A stretch of 64,000 nt of DNA from Trichodelitschia bisporula. Lineage: Eukaryota. A program made the translations under genes and the position numbers. The DNA is taken from the NCBI GenBank assembly GCA_010356995.1, contig ML996704.1:496001-560000 (forward strand). The letters are read 5' to 3'. The notes below the pieces were generated by a model. That model did no database searches, had not been told where the DNA came from, and saw only the letters and a program-made list of their open reading frames with translations. The number at the start of each line of letters is the position of its first letter. The first letter of the stretch is position 1. This document shows positions 49,797 to 62,788 of this stretch, piece after piece.

Positions 49797-52127
49797 CTAT
49801 CCCTCATCTTCCTGCTCGACCCGCTTATACTGGCCTCCACCCTGGCTGTTCCCATCACTATCCCTGGTTCGCCGGACCATGCTCGAGATCCAACCCCCAA
49901 AGCCCTCAGCTTGGCTGCCGGCGCGGTCTCTGAGCGAGCCACGGGTGGACGGTGGCCCGTTCTGGTTGACTGGTGGGTTTATGTCAAGACCCGGGATCGC
50001 GTTGTCGGCGCTGATGCCCTGTCTCCGGAGGTCGAGTGACGGCACCGGTGACCTGTGTCCGCTGAACAATGATTCCACTTCGGCGAGAGTTTCGGGGGTC
50101 GGCACGACTGACGTCGCATCGCCGAAGAGTGAGTTCATATCTTCAAGGCGGACATTGGCCGTTTCGGGATAGAGGAACCAGACTGAAGATGGTCAGTTCC
50201 GCTATCAGAAATCATGGAGACCAACTTACCAATTACAAAGCTGAGAGCACAAAAGAAAGCGTGCACTAGGTACAGCCGCCACTGGATCCACTCTTGCAGC
50301 ACTGGAGTCAACTCGCCAACGAGCCAGTTGAAAGCCCAGTTCGTCGCGGTACTCAAACTTGCGCCCTTAGCTCTAATGCTCAAGGGAAGAATCTCAGGCG
50401 GATACAGCCATGGAATAGGACCCCACGAAGCTCCGAATGCCGCGTTGTAGACCATGACAAAGACAACAACGAGCGTAGGTGTGGCGCGAATATCGACGTA
50501 GATGAAGTATGAGATCAAGGATAGGGCTATCATCATGGCCACAGCTCCGGAGAGAAGAATCAATCGTCGTCCCCACAGGTCCACCAAATACCAAGGAGGG
50601 ATGGTGGAGAGGAGGTATGTTATGCCGTTGATACCAGTCATGAGAATCGCGTCCCGGCCGACCCAACCTGCTTGTTCGAAAACGAGGGGTGCATAGTAGG
50701 ATATGACATTGATGCCGTTTAGTTGGGCGAGAGCTTGTGCCGACATAGCGATGAAGACACGCCTTTGGTAACGCTTGAACATGTCCCCGTACGAACGTTC
50801 GCCTTCTTGACGTTGTAGAAGAACGTTCATTTTGATTTCCCTGTACTCTTCCCTGGCTTTGGGATTGTGGATATCTCCCTTGCCGTAAAGATTGGCGATC
50901 ACAACGATACCTTCTTCATCATGATCATTGTCAAGCAGCCACCTAGGATAATTAACGAAACTCGTTGACGGATTTGTGACGCATACCTCGGGGACTCCAA
51001 AATGAGAAAGCTTCCCAGACCCAGGAGAGTACCCATCAGGACCTGCATGAGCAACGGCAGTCTCCACGCCCAGTGACCGTCGATGAGACTGCAGAAATAA
51101 TCCACCCAGACGCTGGCCGCGTAGCCGAAGATATTTCCAGTGAATTCAATGCACGCAAGCTTCCCACGATTATGAGCTGGCGAGATTTCCGATTGGTAGA
51201 CAGGGACAATGGTTGACAGGGCGCCGACGCCCAAACCAGCGGTGATGCGGCCCAGCATCATCATGGGCATGCCGTTGGCGAAACTTTGGAGAGCACCTCC
51301 AATGACAAAGATAACTGATCCGTATAGAATGGTTCGTCGACGTCCGAGGCGGTCGCCTAGTTTTCCGACAAGAAGCGAGGATATGAATGCGCCGACCTCA
51401 AGGATGGCAACCATGGTACCGATTTCTGCTCTCGAAGGCTCATGGAAGTAGTCCTTGAAGTGCGGACCGCTGTTAGCGCTTATTAGCATTCCGTCGCGAA
51501 AGAATCGGGAAGTCCATACGTAATAATGCCGGACATAACACCCTGATCATAGCCAAACAAGAAGACACCAAGAGATACGAATATAGTAGTGAAATATCTG
51601 GACCTTAGTTAGCCATCAGATGTATACCTGCGACAGAGCGCCCACATCAACTTCTTCCCATGAAGCCCGTGGATACGGGACGGTCCATCGTTGGGAGCCA
51701 TTATGGATACAAGTAGCCTTTCGCCGAAGGAGATCTTGCGCGGAGGCGGGTTCGGAATTGGGATGTCCTCTTTCCTCTTAGCGACGCCAGAGCACTTTTC
51801 GGCACGGTCCTCGACGTCGGCGGAGTAGTGCACGCGTTTCGGGCGATGGCTCCGACGATTCCCGTTCCTTGGGAGGCCCTCTTCCAGGGACGCCCTAAGC
51901 CTTATCCGCAAGGGGTCTTCCTCCTCGGCCAGCTGGTCAACGAGGTCACCCGTGTCACTCCACTCTTCTGAAAATTCCTCCGATAATGATGAACGCTGAC
52001 TATCGCGCTTCTCGTCGACTGAACCGATGGGCGACACGGGATCGGTATCGTACACACGTGAGGATGAGGAGAGAGTGTGGAGGGGGATGTTGGCGGGCCT
52101 CCTGGGGTTGCTAGAGAAGGGAGGAAT
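49797..52127 (-). CDS. MFS sugar porter (monosaccharide transporter); first ATG at 51701, proposed extended start ATT at 52127; 4 introns
   Basis: FLFGYDQGVMSG, GDRLGRRR, PVYQSEISP, ESPR, QLNGINVISYY, WGPIPWLYPPEILP and PET motifs. The 5' end is inferred. Confidence 0.9.
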
Positions 52128-53006
52128 CTTGACGATAGCTGGGCTGGGATGGAGCAGCCCGACTCCAAGACAAAGAGAAGGAAAGGGTGGGGAGCGTGTG
52201 CTGCTGTTGAGGAGGTCGGAATGAGATCGACCTGTGACGTGGGTTAGATAAGCAGGTGGATCAGGTTAGAGCTCTGATGTCGTGGCCTGGTCCTGGCTCG
52301 GGGGGAGGTGTGATTGAGGAGTTGGTTGCCTGGTGTTTGCCGGCGCGGCACCGGCGCCTGCAGCAGACGGTGATTTGCGGGGGTTAGGAGGACACACAAC
52401 CACCAGGAAGCCAAACTAAAAAAGTGCGCGGGATCGGTATTGATGACGTCTGGTGAGCAATAATGAAGAAGGATAAAACCGGTAGTTTTTGTTCCACTTT
52501 GGAATTTCACTAAAGGTTATGTACGCAGCTAACACAGCAGGCAAGACTCTCTCGGTACTATTAACGAGCAAAAGCGATCCGTGATCTGAGAAGAAGGCGT
52601 GGCAGACAGAGAGGAGAGAGGCGCTTGGCTCCTATGCATGCGGCTCGCCGCGACAACTCGGAACGAGGCGAAGCCGCGTCAAGCGCTTGGCCGAGGGCAG
52701 AAAGATGCAACTTCCACTGCCCCGTGACTCCCTTTCCATTATTTGCGCTTCCTCTTCCCCTTTCGACTTCGGCTTCAGCCTCTGAAGACTCGCGTCGGAA
52801 GTGTCACTGCCCTGTGGCTGTGCAAATGAAAAGTATGATCGCAGCCTCATCACAGCCTCACGTCCAAGCAGCGTCACCTTCACCAGTCACTGAAAAGGAA
52901 CGACCAGTTTCAAAGCACGAAATCCTTTGCTTTCAAAATCACAAACTAAAGTACACTGCTTCTCCAAACGCCTTAACTCCCTCACCACCCGCTCACTCCT
53001 TGGACC

Positions 53007-54341
53007 TCAAGTTGTCCGAACATAGGTCAGCAAAATCGCAAAGGGTTGGTGCTTTTCCATCCGGAGCACCTTGAATCGCGGATCAACCAGGTCCCTTATC
53101 CTGCCCTTGTGGACTTGATTGTTGTTGATGCCGAAGACGCCACCCGGGCCAGAGTAAACGCCTACATAATGGCCGGCGTTGGTCCGCCTGTCCGCTTTAT
53201 ACCTAACCCCAGGCTCGCTTCGCTTTATCCCCTCCTCAATCTGGGTCTTGAGAGCAAACACATCTTTCTGCAAAATTGTGCCGTTTCCATGGAAGACCAC
53301 TGAAGACAGGCGGTAACGGAGCCGTTGAGAGCGGAATCCCCGTTTCCTGTACTTGGTCAAGTCTAGCCAGAGACTGTACCTAGTATTCGCCCAGTGCGTA
53401 TGCAGCTTCTCGTCCCTGGGATCTAGCTTGATGAAGAGGGCCTCGGGTGCTGCAATGATGCTGGTGATTTCGGGTTTGTATGAACGGACGCCGCAGCCGT
53501 TACAACCGCGTTCGACTTCCGGATAGATACGCAACTTCTTTCGTATGAGGTCCTTCACGTGCTGGCCAAACTCCAGGTAGGTCAGTTCAGTGTGAACCAT
53601 TAGGTTATCCTCTAAAGGTCCTGGATTTCGCGCAGTGCATTCTCCCTGTGTGCAAGGGAATTCCGGTTTCAGGGTAATAGTGAAGATTGCCGCCAGCTCC
53701 TTCCTCTTCTTAATTCTACTCCAGTCAGCAATTGTGCTTAATGCCCCATAGAAGAACGTGCCTTGTCCCCTTGTCGGTGTAGGCCACCCCTATCGATGAC
53801 ACCAACCCCTCAATGATCCAATCTAGGCACTCCCCAGCATCTGCCTGCTGGTGCTCGGCAAACTTTGCTGCCCATGGCGTGGTGACGCAGACTGACCTCA
53901 TACGTTCATGAATTGGAGCAGTCACTTGCTGAGCACTGAGTGGGTCGCTCCAGTAGTCGGTAACGAAGGAGCCCAAGGCGCACGCAAGGCACATTTCCGG
54001 AGTCTGATTTTCGCAGTCTTCGAGATGTAGCTTCAGCCATTCATAGAAGATTGGTACATGTGCCTGTTCCAGAGCGTTAGCGCATCCACCGTGACGGGAG
54101 ACGTAAGTACACACCAGGAGTTGCAGTACTACGCGATTGAAACACTCGTTTCTAGTATTCAACAGCCCTTTGGGACGAGGCGGAGGCTGCCCTTCCTGTA
54201 ACTGTAACTCTGGAGGCCACTCCCTGCTCAGCCCAAGAGCTGTCAACTGGATTAACGTTAGCATCTGACTGAGACTTCATTGAGTCCACTTACCGCAGCC
54301 GACCTGTCATCATGGAGTTGGTCTTCGTGAACGGTAGCCAT
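53007..54341 (-). CDS. Divergent ubiquitin-specific protease (peptidase C19)-like protein; 3 introns, one GC-AG (53761-53716)
   Basis: Cys box GLLNTRNECF, QQADAGE (QDAxE box), zinc-ribbon pairs CTQGEC and CNGC, APEALFIKL, YRLSSVVFH and His box AGHY...GINN. Start MATVHED has context CAAAGATGG. Confidence 0.7.
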
Positions 54342-54936
54342 CTTTGCAAAGCGAATGTTCGTTGACGATTTGAGGGAGAACTCCGGCAGATTCAGCTGCT
54401 GGAGTAAAGTATCCAGTTCGCCATAAAGAAGTGCTTCTGATGTCCGTTTGCGGCAAAATCCAGTTATCGCTGAAGTGTATCATTGAAAGAGGAACAAGGA
54501 GGTCCTCAAGGTCAAAGTGCCGAATGCGGCGCATAGCGCAAATCTTTCATTCGCTCCCAGGGATGACTTTTCAGGCGCATTTTGAAGAAGGATCAGTATA
54601 GGATTGTCGGTAAAGACAAAGGCGGTCGCAAATAGTGGAAGAATTCAAGAGCCTCATCAGGGGACAGTCTGATGGGAGTCTCGAAGGATAGCCAGAAATG
54701 GATGTACGGATGCATCTCAGTGGGAAATATTATCAGCTGCGCTAAATCAAGCTCGTCACGGAATCAAGTACCTAGAACTAGACGCAGTGTCTTCGTTCTG
54801 ATGGCTCCGAGGCGGGAAGCTGTACTTGACGTTGATGTTGACGTTGACGTTTGAAGTTGGGCCAAGTTCCTTTGGCAGACTTCGCAACTTTTCCCGAAAG
54901 ATCAACCATTCGTGGTGACGACATCACATTAATCCA

Positions 54937-55705
54937 ATGGCAACCCCCATCGAGCGCGGCTCCCAGTACGAGGAGCAACACGTCCACGCCGTGTATGAAG
55001 AAATCGCCTCTCACTTCTCCTCCACCCGCTACAAGGTGTGCGTCGCCCCAGCTTGCAGCTCCCAACCCCCTCTTCACCTAACATCACCCGCAGCCATGGC
55101 CGCTGGTGGAATCCTTTCTGACCTCCCTCCCCGCCGGTGCCGTCGGCCTCGACCTCGGCTGCGGCAACGGTAAGTATTTGACCGTGAACCGCGACGTCTT
55201 CATCGTCGGCTCGGACCGCTCTCCGAACCTCGTGCGCTTTGCTGTGCGCCATGAGCCGCACGCTGCTGTCGTGGCCGATGTCCTGGATTTGCCGCACCCG
55301 CGGCGGAGATTCGACTTCGCGATCTCCGTTGCTGTCGTGCACCACCTTTCCACGCCGGAGCGGCGCATCGAGGCCATTCGCGCGATTCTGGACGTCTTGA
55401 CGCTGGCTAGTGGGGGGGCGGAGGGGGGCCGGGCACTCATATATGTATGGGCGCTGGAGCAAAAGGGCAGTCGGAGAGGGTGGGATGAAGGACACGAGCA
55501 GGATATTATGGTGCCGTGGATCACGAAGGGCCCCAAGAGCAGCGGCCAAGAGGAAAAGACCTACCAAAGATACTACCACTTGTACCGCAAGGGAGAGCTG
55601 GAGGAGGATGTGGTCAAGGCTGGAGGCAAGGTGCTATCTTCTGGATACGAAAGGGACAACTGGTGGGCGATTGCCACGCCGGAGGGGCTAGAAACTGTCA
55701 TTTGA
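54937..55705 (+). CDS. TRM9: tRNA wobble-uridine (mcm5U) methyltransferase TRM9; intron ~55036-55093
   Basis: YEEQHVHAVYEEIASHFSSTRYK|PWPLV, DLGCGNGKY, AVVHHLST..RR, YVWALEQ, RYYHLY and RDNWW. Confidence 0.95.
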
Positions 55706-56733
55706 TCACGTCTGGGCAAGTAGGATGGTCGCAATGCGCATAACTGTGGTCGCGGTGATGATGAAGCATGGAAAGCAATCAGGTACCACCCGAATCCTTA
55801 CGTCTGTCCCCCCAGGCCGTTGTCTTCACGACCGCACATCATGCAAGAAGGTTACATGAAGTTTCAGGAGGCACGTAACTCCGGTCTTCACGCCAAATCG
55901 GAATGTTGTGTGGCAGCACCGAAGCGCTTCTCGGCCTGCAGTGAGAATACGCAAAGCCCTTGGTTGCATCCGTTGATCCTCGACCTCGATGAGATAAAGA
56001 GATTGGAAGCGAACAATCAGGGCTACCAACTTGTCCCTAACCCGGTGTGCTTCATCCTACTCCCCATCGCTACAGACACAGACAAAGTCATGACGCAACT
56101 CAGGATCGTTTTGCTGGTTTTGGTTTTGCCTTTGTTCCAGCATTGCCCGTCAAGCGTTCGTTCCCCTCGACGGACCTTTGATCATGATGTCCTAACCCTT
56201 CCTCCATCCAGGACAAGACACAACGTTTGGCTCATCGACTTTGTCAGTGACGCTTGAACCAGTTGGGCAAAACCAGTCTGGGAGTGTAACCTTATCGCCA
56301 ATCACCTAAGACAGTGAGGGATGGTGGAATTTCGAGAAGGCTCTTTCGTGTTACGATCCCAGGTCGCTGTTGATGCGTCAGTTGTTGGTGGGAGATGCTT
56401 CCCTGATCCTGATCAGCATCCGTGAATGACAATGCGTGAAAGTTCCCGGAGATTGAGTTTTCTAGGCTCCGGCTCATTGTTTTGTCGCCACGGAAACATG
56501 TGTCGTGTCGAACCTCCATCGCGTATGCCTGTGCCTTTTTTACGGTCAATTCGGGCAGCCTGGTTCGGTCAGGTTCTCATATATGTCCCTCACATCATTC
56601 TGCGTTTGCTGTTACCAGCCTGTGTCTATTTTGGTTGCGCATTAGCGCCCTAATTTATGCGCCAATCCAACAAAATGACAAGGCTGAACTTTCCACCACA
56701 TCCCTCTCCTTAATGACTTTGCCACATCCCCGC

Positions 56734-57332
56734 TCACTTCTGCGTCTTAGTCGCAATGATGGAGATCTTGGACACCTTCCTGTCCGTCACGGGAGTGAAT
56801 CCATCGTACAGCGCAACGCCGAAGCTGCCATCACGGTTTTCGTACGCCACCCACTGGCGAGAGGGAATGTCCGCCCCGTCGCTCACGCCAAGAGTTCCAT
56901 CCTGGGCGATGGTGAAGGTCGACCATTCCATGATTTGGCCCTGAGGGATTTGGTCTGCTGTCGGGCTGACCACGTCCACAATATCCAGCAGTCCATTGGC
57001 GCCCCGCAGTGCAACCTGGTGGGTGTCGTCGCCCGCGTGGAGGCTCAGCGTCTTGGCCGCATCGTACTGAGTCGTGAAGAACTTGCCCGCCCTGGCCGTA
57101 TCGGACCGGTCGCCGGGGAAGAGAGCGACACGCCCGTCTTTGGCGCTGAGGTACAGACCGTTCAGGTTTTGCGTGTCACTTTATCCGGTCAGAAGCAGAC
57201 TCAAAAATGGGTGGGAACGTACGATTTGGTCTGAAGGGTGTAAAACTGGGCGTTGTCCGGAATGGTGGCCCCAAGGGGCGCGGCGAGCGACCCCGCGATG
57301 AAAGCGGCAAAGGCGAAAGTGAATGTCTTCAT
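56734..57332 (-). CDS. Small secreted protein (~185 aa); intron 57222-57179
   Basis: Signal peptide MKTFTFAFAAFIAGSLA-AP. Splicing gives ...LQTKS|DTQNLNGLYL... open to TKTQK*. A TATATA element lies ~140 nt upstream. Confidence 0.75.
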
Positions 57333-59370
57333 ATTGGCGAATATCAAAGAAAGAAGGCAGCGGATAAACGAGTGAGTATCAACAGCTTAACTGCAGGACG
57401 CGGGGCTACTCTTCCGTGCTGATGGATGACTTTGGCGGCGTTTTAACGTTTGACGGGCCTCGAGGGCTATATAGTCTGGGTCCGGGGAGATTTCAGGGCA
57501 GTTAGCTCATGATATCCGCGGATCTGCGTGCGGTTCAATCAGAAACATGAATCGGTTGCGGTACCTGATACTAGTATCGCATCGTCAATTTTCGGCTTTC
57601 GCGCCATATGTTCGGTAGATTTACCGAGCGGGGTGACAACTGACGCCGTATCGCGGTCGGGAGAAGAAGAGTAAATGAATACGTTGCGTAATGTCAAGGG
57701 ATACTGCTGCGAGGGGCAATATGATGTGTGATGTCGCAGATGTCGCCGCTCGTCAATTCGATGCGGTGCGGCGATTGGCAAATGGAGCCGTTTCGTTCCA
57801 TACAAGGCTGAGCGCAAGGCAATTAAAGGCGTCGCCGTGCGTTCGGGTAGCTCACACCCATTTAGCCTAAACAAGAACAAGATGCCTCACATAGGGCCAG
57901 CTTGGACAAAAACAGTGGTGATTTGCGCAAGGGTTGGTCTCGTCGTCAACGACGACACCCTGCGGCTCACCGGGTTTACTGGGTTCACCGGCCCTGAGCA
58001 GACAATTCGCCGAGCAAATATGCTCGTGAAACGGATGCGGGAGTGTTCTAGCGCGACGATTATCGTTCGGCAAACTGCATGTGGGTGTCTGTAGCTTGAA
58101 TCGGAGTGATACCCATTCACGCACATTGACTTAGGCCTTGGAGTATGCGGAGTACTCCGACGGCGCTAGAGCCGAAGATAGAATTGCCAGTGAAGAAGAG
58201 GTAAGGCTTGCCTACCTAGAGAGTGGGTTACAGTTTCTCGAGGACAAGATTTTGGTGGTTTCGGACGCGAGATCAATGGTGGCCCTCACTGTGTCTCATA
58301 TTAGTGGGAATGCATCAACTAAAGCAGTCTCTAGACCACAAGTCGGCAGCAGCGGTGTCCCGAGGGCTGATCGGGAGCACGCAAGAGTCAGCTCGATGAT
58401 GACACGATACCTGTCCGGATGGCAATGGAGAGATGCTATTCGAACATTGCAAAGTTAGAGGTGCTAGAGGAACTCTGCCAGGTACCCGCCCGCTTGTGGC
58501 TTACAGGCCATGCTGGACGTCAATATAAGCCAAATGAAATAACCTGGGGCTATATTGGACGACGTCATAGCGGCGTTGTCTATAACCCACCTGTCGCTCT
58601 GACTTTCACCGCAAGGTCTTCGCCGTTCATTATCCTGATCAGGGAGAGTTGTCCGAAAGTCGTGAGGCCATTTATGCTGAAACGAAATCGAGAGAATTTC
58701 AGGGGAAAGGATATCGTGATAGGTTGAATCGATCTGAGATACGCAAGAAGCGCAAAGACGTTACGAGAGATTCAACAAAGTCATGTTGATTCCCGATTTC
58801 TCCACGACTTTACAAAGAGACAGTGAAGGCTGGGTCAGGAGATTAAGTTGTTGGAGTAGTCTGTAGGGGGGAAAGCTTAAAGCTGGAAAGAGAGGTGTGT
58901 CCGCGGAAGCAGTGGAGATGGAGTTTGATGTTTGATGGAGGAGTGGGGCTGTAAATGCTTGGCACCCAGACTTGGCGGAAGATGTGGCTTATGAGTTTTG
59001 ACACAGCCACACACCATCATCATCAAGTGTGGCTTATGAGGCATTACGTATGCTGTGGCGCCGCCCATTCCCAATTCACCCCGCGTACTCAGCTCCCCCA
59101 CCAGTGAAGTTGCCGCTCTCTGTCGCTCTGCTAAGCCACGGACAGATTCGCTTTCCAAGGCTACGCAACTACGGTAACGTACAAGTCAAGAGACCAACCT
59201 TTGCTGACCTCCACGATTTGCCGCTGAAATCGCAAACCTCTTCCTCCGCTCGCTCTCAATTCCCTGCCCTACTTCTCCCCCCAAGGAACCTGCCTATTCT
59301 CTGTCGTAGATAAACAGGCTGCGTGAGCCTCAGCGCCGTTTCCACCGGCTGCGCGGCAATATCACGCAAT

Positions 59371-60381
59371 ATGGCCGACTTCATCCCACCAACGGTGAGT
59401 GATTCGACTTGTCCCGCACGGTCCACTAACGGCTCCCACAGGGCCCACCTCCGCCCAAAGTTCCAGAAGGATGGAAGGCAGTGTGGAACGGTTTGTCGCC
59501 TCGCCTCTCATGCCAGCCCTGGGGCCATTCTAACTTATGTTGTTTCTGTAGATCAGTATAAGGAGTGGTTCTACGTGAACATCTACACTAGGAAGTCCCA
59601 ATGGGATCGTCCCACCGAGCCGATTTATCCACCGGGCGAGTCTGCCAGCGACGTTCCTCCAGGCGGCCCACCACCGTCCTATGGACCGGCTGGCGAGCAA
59701 CACGTCGGGCCGGAAAAGGGCGGGCTCGGTGCAAACAATCCGTATGCGCCGGGAAACGCGGAATCCACAAAGCAGAACGTCGAAGATGACGAAGCTCTGG
59801 CACGTCGTCTGCAGGCCGAGGAGGACTCGATGGCACAGGCGAGGCGCAGCGGTGCCGCTAGCGACTTCTACGCCCAAGGCCAACCGCCGTACACGCAGCT
59901 GCCCGCCGCTTCGCCATATGGTAGTTCATCGGCGAGTCCCTTCGTGCCTCAAGAGCAAGATAGGACCAAGGGGAAAGGTGGCTTCTTGAGCAAGTTGCTC
60001 GGGAAGGGCAAACAGCCAAGCCAGCAAGTATATCCAGCTCAACCAGGATATGGTCAAGGTGGCTACCCCCAGCAGTATCCTCAGCAGTATCAGCCGTACC
60101 AGCAGTATCCGCAGCAGTATCCGCAGCAGTACGCCCAGCCTGGGCGGCGTCCTGGGGGCGGAGGCATGGGCATGGCGGGAGGTGCAGCACTGGGCGTAGG
60201 CGCAGGTCTACTTGGCGGTGCTTTGCTCGCCGATGCTGCTCACGATGGAGGCGATGGCGGTGGGCACGGCGGAGATGACGGTGGTGGGTACGGCGGAGAC
60301 GACGGTGGTGGGTTCGGTGGGGATGACGGCGGCGGCGGTGGCGACTTCGGTGGCGGTGACTTCGGCGGCGGAGGATTCTAA
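59371..60381 (+). CDS. WW-domain protein (Wwm1-like) with a UIM-like segment and Q/Y/G-rich tail; 2 introns
   Basis: Spliced WW domain VPEGWKAVWN|DQYKEWFYVNIYTRKSQWDRP, then EDDEALARRLQAEE and GGAALGVGAGLLGG. Confidence 0.85.
   Translation: MADFIPPTVSDSTCPARSTNGSHRAHLRPKFQKDGRQCGTVCRLASHASPGAILTYVVSVDQYKEWFYVNIYTRKSQWDRPTEPIYPPGESASDVPPGGPPPSYGPAGEQHVGPEKGGLGANNPYAPGNAESTKQNVEDDEALARRLQAEEDSMAQARRSGAASDFYAQGQPPYTQLPAASPYGSSSASPFVPQEQDRTKGKGGFLSKLLGKGKQPSQQVYPAQPGYGQGGYPQQYPQQYQPYQQYPQQYPQQYAQPGRRPGGGGMGMAGGAALGVGAGLLGGALLADAAHDGGDGGGHGGDDGGGYGGDDGGGFGGDDGGGGGDFGGGDFGGGGF
60068..60378 (+). repeat. Coding low-complexity repeats: YPQQ units and GGDDGGG units
   Basis: CAGCAGTAT-type units at ~60070-60132 and GGCGGAGAYGACGGTGGTGGG-type units at ~60268-60330. 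Confidence 0.8.
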
Positions 60382-62788
60382 GCTCGCCAGGCTTGACTCC
60401 GCCTGGGATCGGCCGTGTTTGTTACAGATGTCGCAGAGTGGAGTCCAGTCGGTTTGATTTTCCTATGCGGCTGTCGGATTGGGGGGCGTTTGAGACTTTA
60501 CTTCTGTATTCAAGTGGGGTACGAATGATGTTAGACGTCTTGTTACGAACGCTTCTAATGACTGTTGAGCTATAAGCCTTGATTGGAGCATGGAACTATT
60601 GATATAATGCAGCGCCAGTTACCTGAAGCATGTTCCCATGGGCAGCAATGCGTCCGATGCCGCAAGCCACATTCACCAAAGAGAAAGCCTTCTTGTAAAT
60701 GAAGAGAAGTCGATGACAACCAACCCCCAAGAGCCCCTTCTAGCGTTCCTCTCTACAAGGACCATCAATGAGCCTCTCATAACCCTCTTGGTCATTTCCA
60801 TCGATGAAGGCCGCCCGGATAGCTTTCAATGACTTGGGGCCGGACAGATTGCGAGAATCATGTCCGCATCGACATGGCTGAGAACCACATCTCCTTGCGG
60901 TCTTCTCTAGAAGCACGCCTTGGGCTTGTGTCCGGGCTGGGTTTGCCATTTCCCAGGGCCTTTGAGGAGTATCTAGGGGACCACACGTGTGCACCGCCAT
61001 GAGGCTCCCCAGCTTCTTTCACTCGGGTTTTCGCCCCTCTTCGGCCACAAGTAGGCCCCAAAAGTTGGCTCAGGAGATACCACCTTCAACAAGGGCGCTG
61101 GATTCCACGAAGGCATGGCCATACTAGGCGAATTGCTCATAGTACCGTACCCTTTCCTATAAGTAAAAACGGTTAGCTCTCTGTGCCAATTATATCCTGC
61201 TGCTAGAGACGTTGACCTTGTTGCATAGCCTTCCACTTTTGGCCAATATGATTCACGTGGAGAACCGGCATGCATAAACTTCGTATAAGCATTGCTTTTT
61301 GTCATGTGATTCGGAGAGCTGCGCACTCTATTTTGATCGCCTGGATACAAACATGACTGCTTAGAGTATCTGAATAGAACTAGAAAAGAGTCTCGAGTAC
61401 TGTGTATCATAACCATGAAATATGTGCTCCGGAGCTCATAAGGCCGCATATCAGCGAGATGTGCGCTGGAAAGTTAGTTCTTTCCACGACCCGCCCGTCT
61501 GCAGGAAGGGTTGACGTGGTGGCTTGTAGTTCGCCAAGTTTCAGCGAGGCAGAGCAGACGTCGAGCCTCCAATTTCGGACTCACCACCGGCTCTGCTGTT
61601 GAGATACTCAAGCTCCGAACGAAGCCGCGACAAGCCTTCGGGCCGCTTAACACACCTCCCTCTGAATATCGTTTTCTAGCCGACGCCTGTGATCGGCCTG
61701 CGCCTGAGACTCACCGTGCCGTATGGAATGAACGTGACAGGTGACGGGTGCGACAAGCGGGCAAGCCATGGCCGATGTTCCAAGGGACGATTCAGCCGAG
61801 GGGGTATATAAGACTCTCGGTTATGGGCCACGGGAAATCGAGACTTTCAGGGTACTCTCACCATACACTCCCCACCTCGAAGTCGGAAGCGACTAAGCGG
61901 AACTAGACGATCACGTACAATGTCTGTAAAGACTTGTACGAAAGAAACATTCAAACATTCCACAAGTTGGACGAGAAGCAGCAGCGAGCCATACTGGAAG
62001 AAGTCAACAGGTGGCTGCGCAAGGACAACGTCCCGGAGATTGATCTGCGAATCCTGAAATGGCGCATGACCATAGCATTTAGGTCACAAAGACGCTATGA
62101 CGGTATTGAGCCCGAATCGTTGTGAGGAGGATGACTGAGTTCCGCCAGGTGTCCGCCAACGTGCCGAAGCAGCCGCCGAAACGGCTCTCGAATCCACAGA
62201 GTTGGACATCCCACAGCTAGCGGAGGAAAGTGATATGGAGCTCGGAAGAGATGAAGAGCTCCGAGGAGGGGATGAGGGGGGGAGTGCAGGGTATCTAGCC
62301 GGCGAGAGTTCCGCCGCAATGGGACGATGTAAGTATGGGCCTGCTAATAGCCGCGTCCATAGTCTCATTTGTTCCAGACGCTTATTACGATCCTGTCCGC
62401 GATCGTTGACGCAAATTCGATGCCTTGAATTGGGATATCCGTTGAAGCTGATCATCCGAAGTTGTGGAGGCGCTGTGAAAATTATATGGTAGACCCCCTT
62501 TTGGCAATATCATGTTGTGGATTATGGTACAGAGTTCAAGAATTGACATTCGGTTTCGGCATCGCGATAGGTCAATGACTGGCCGATGAGTTAGCTGATA
62601 CCCGCATTTTGTACTCGCGAGAAAGGGGAAGAGCATGGTTGGCAGAAACTCAGGCTTGACAAAGATATCCGACATAGTACAAAGGTTGCTTGAGTCCATT
62701 GGTATTCGTCTCATGTGTTTAATCAGTTGAGCAGTCTCTGACAGAAATGGACGACCCATGGGGGTATATGTCCCATATTCCCAGTCCC

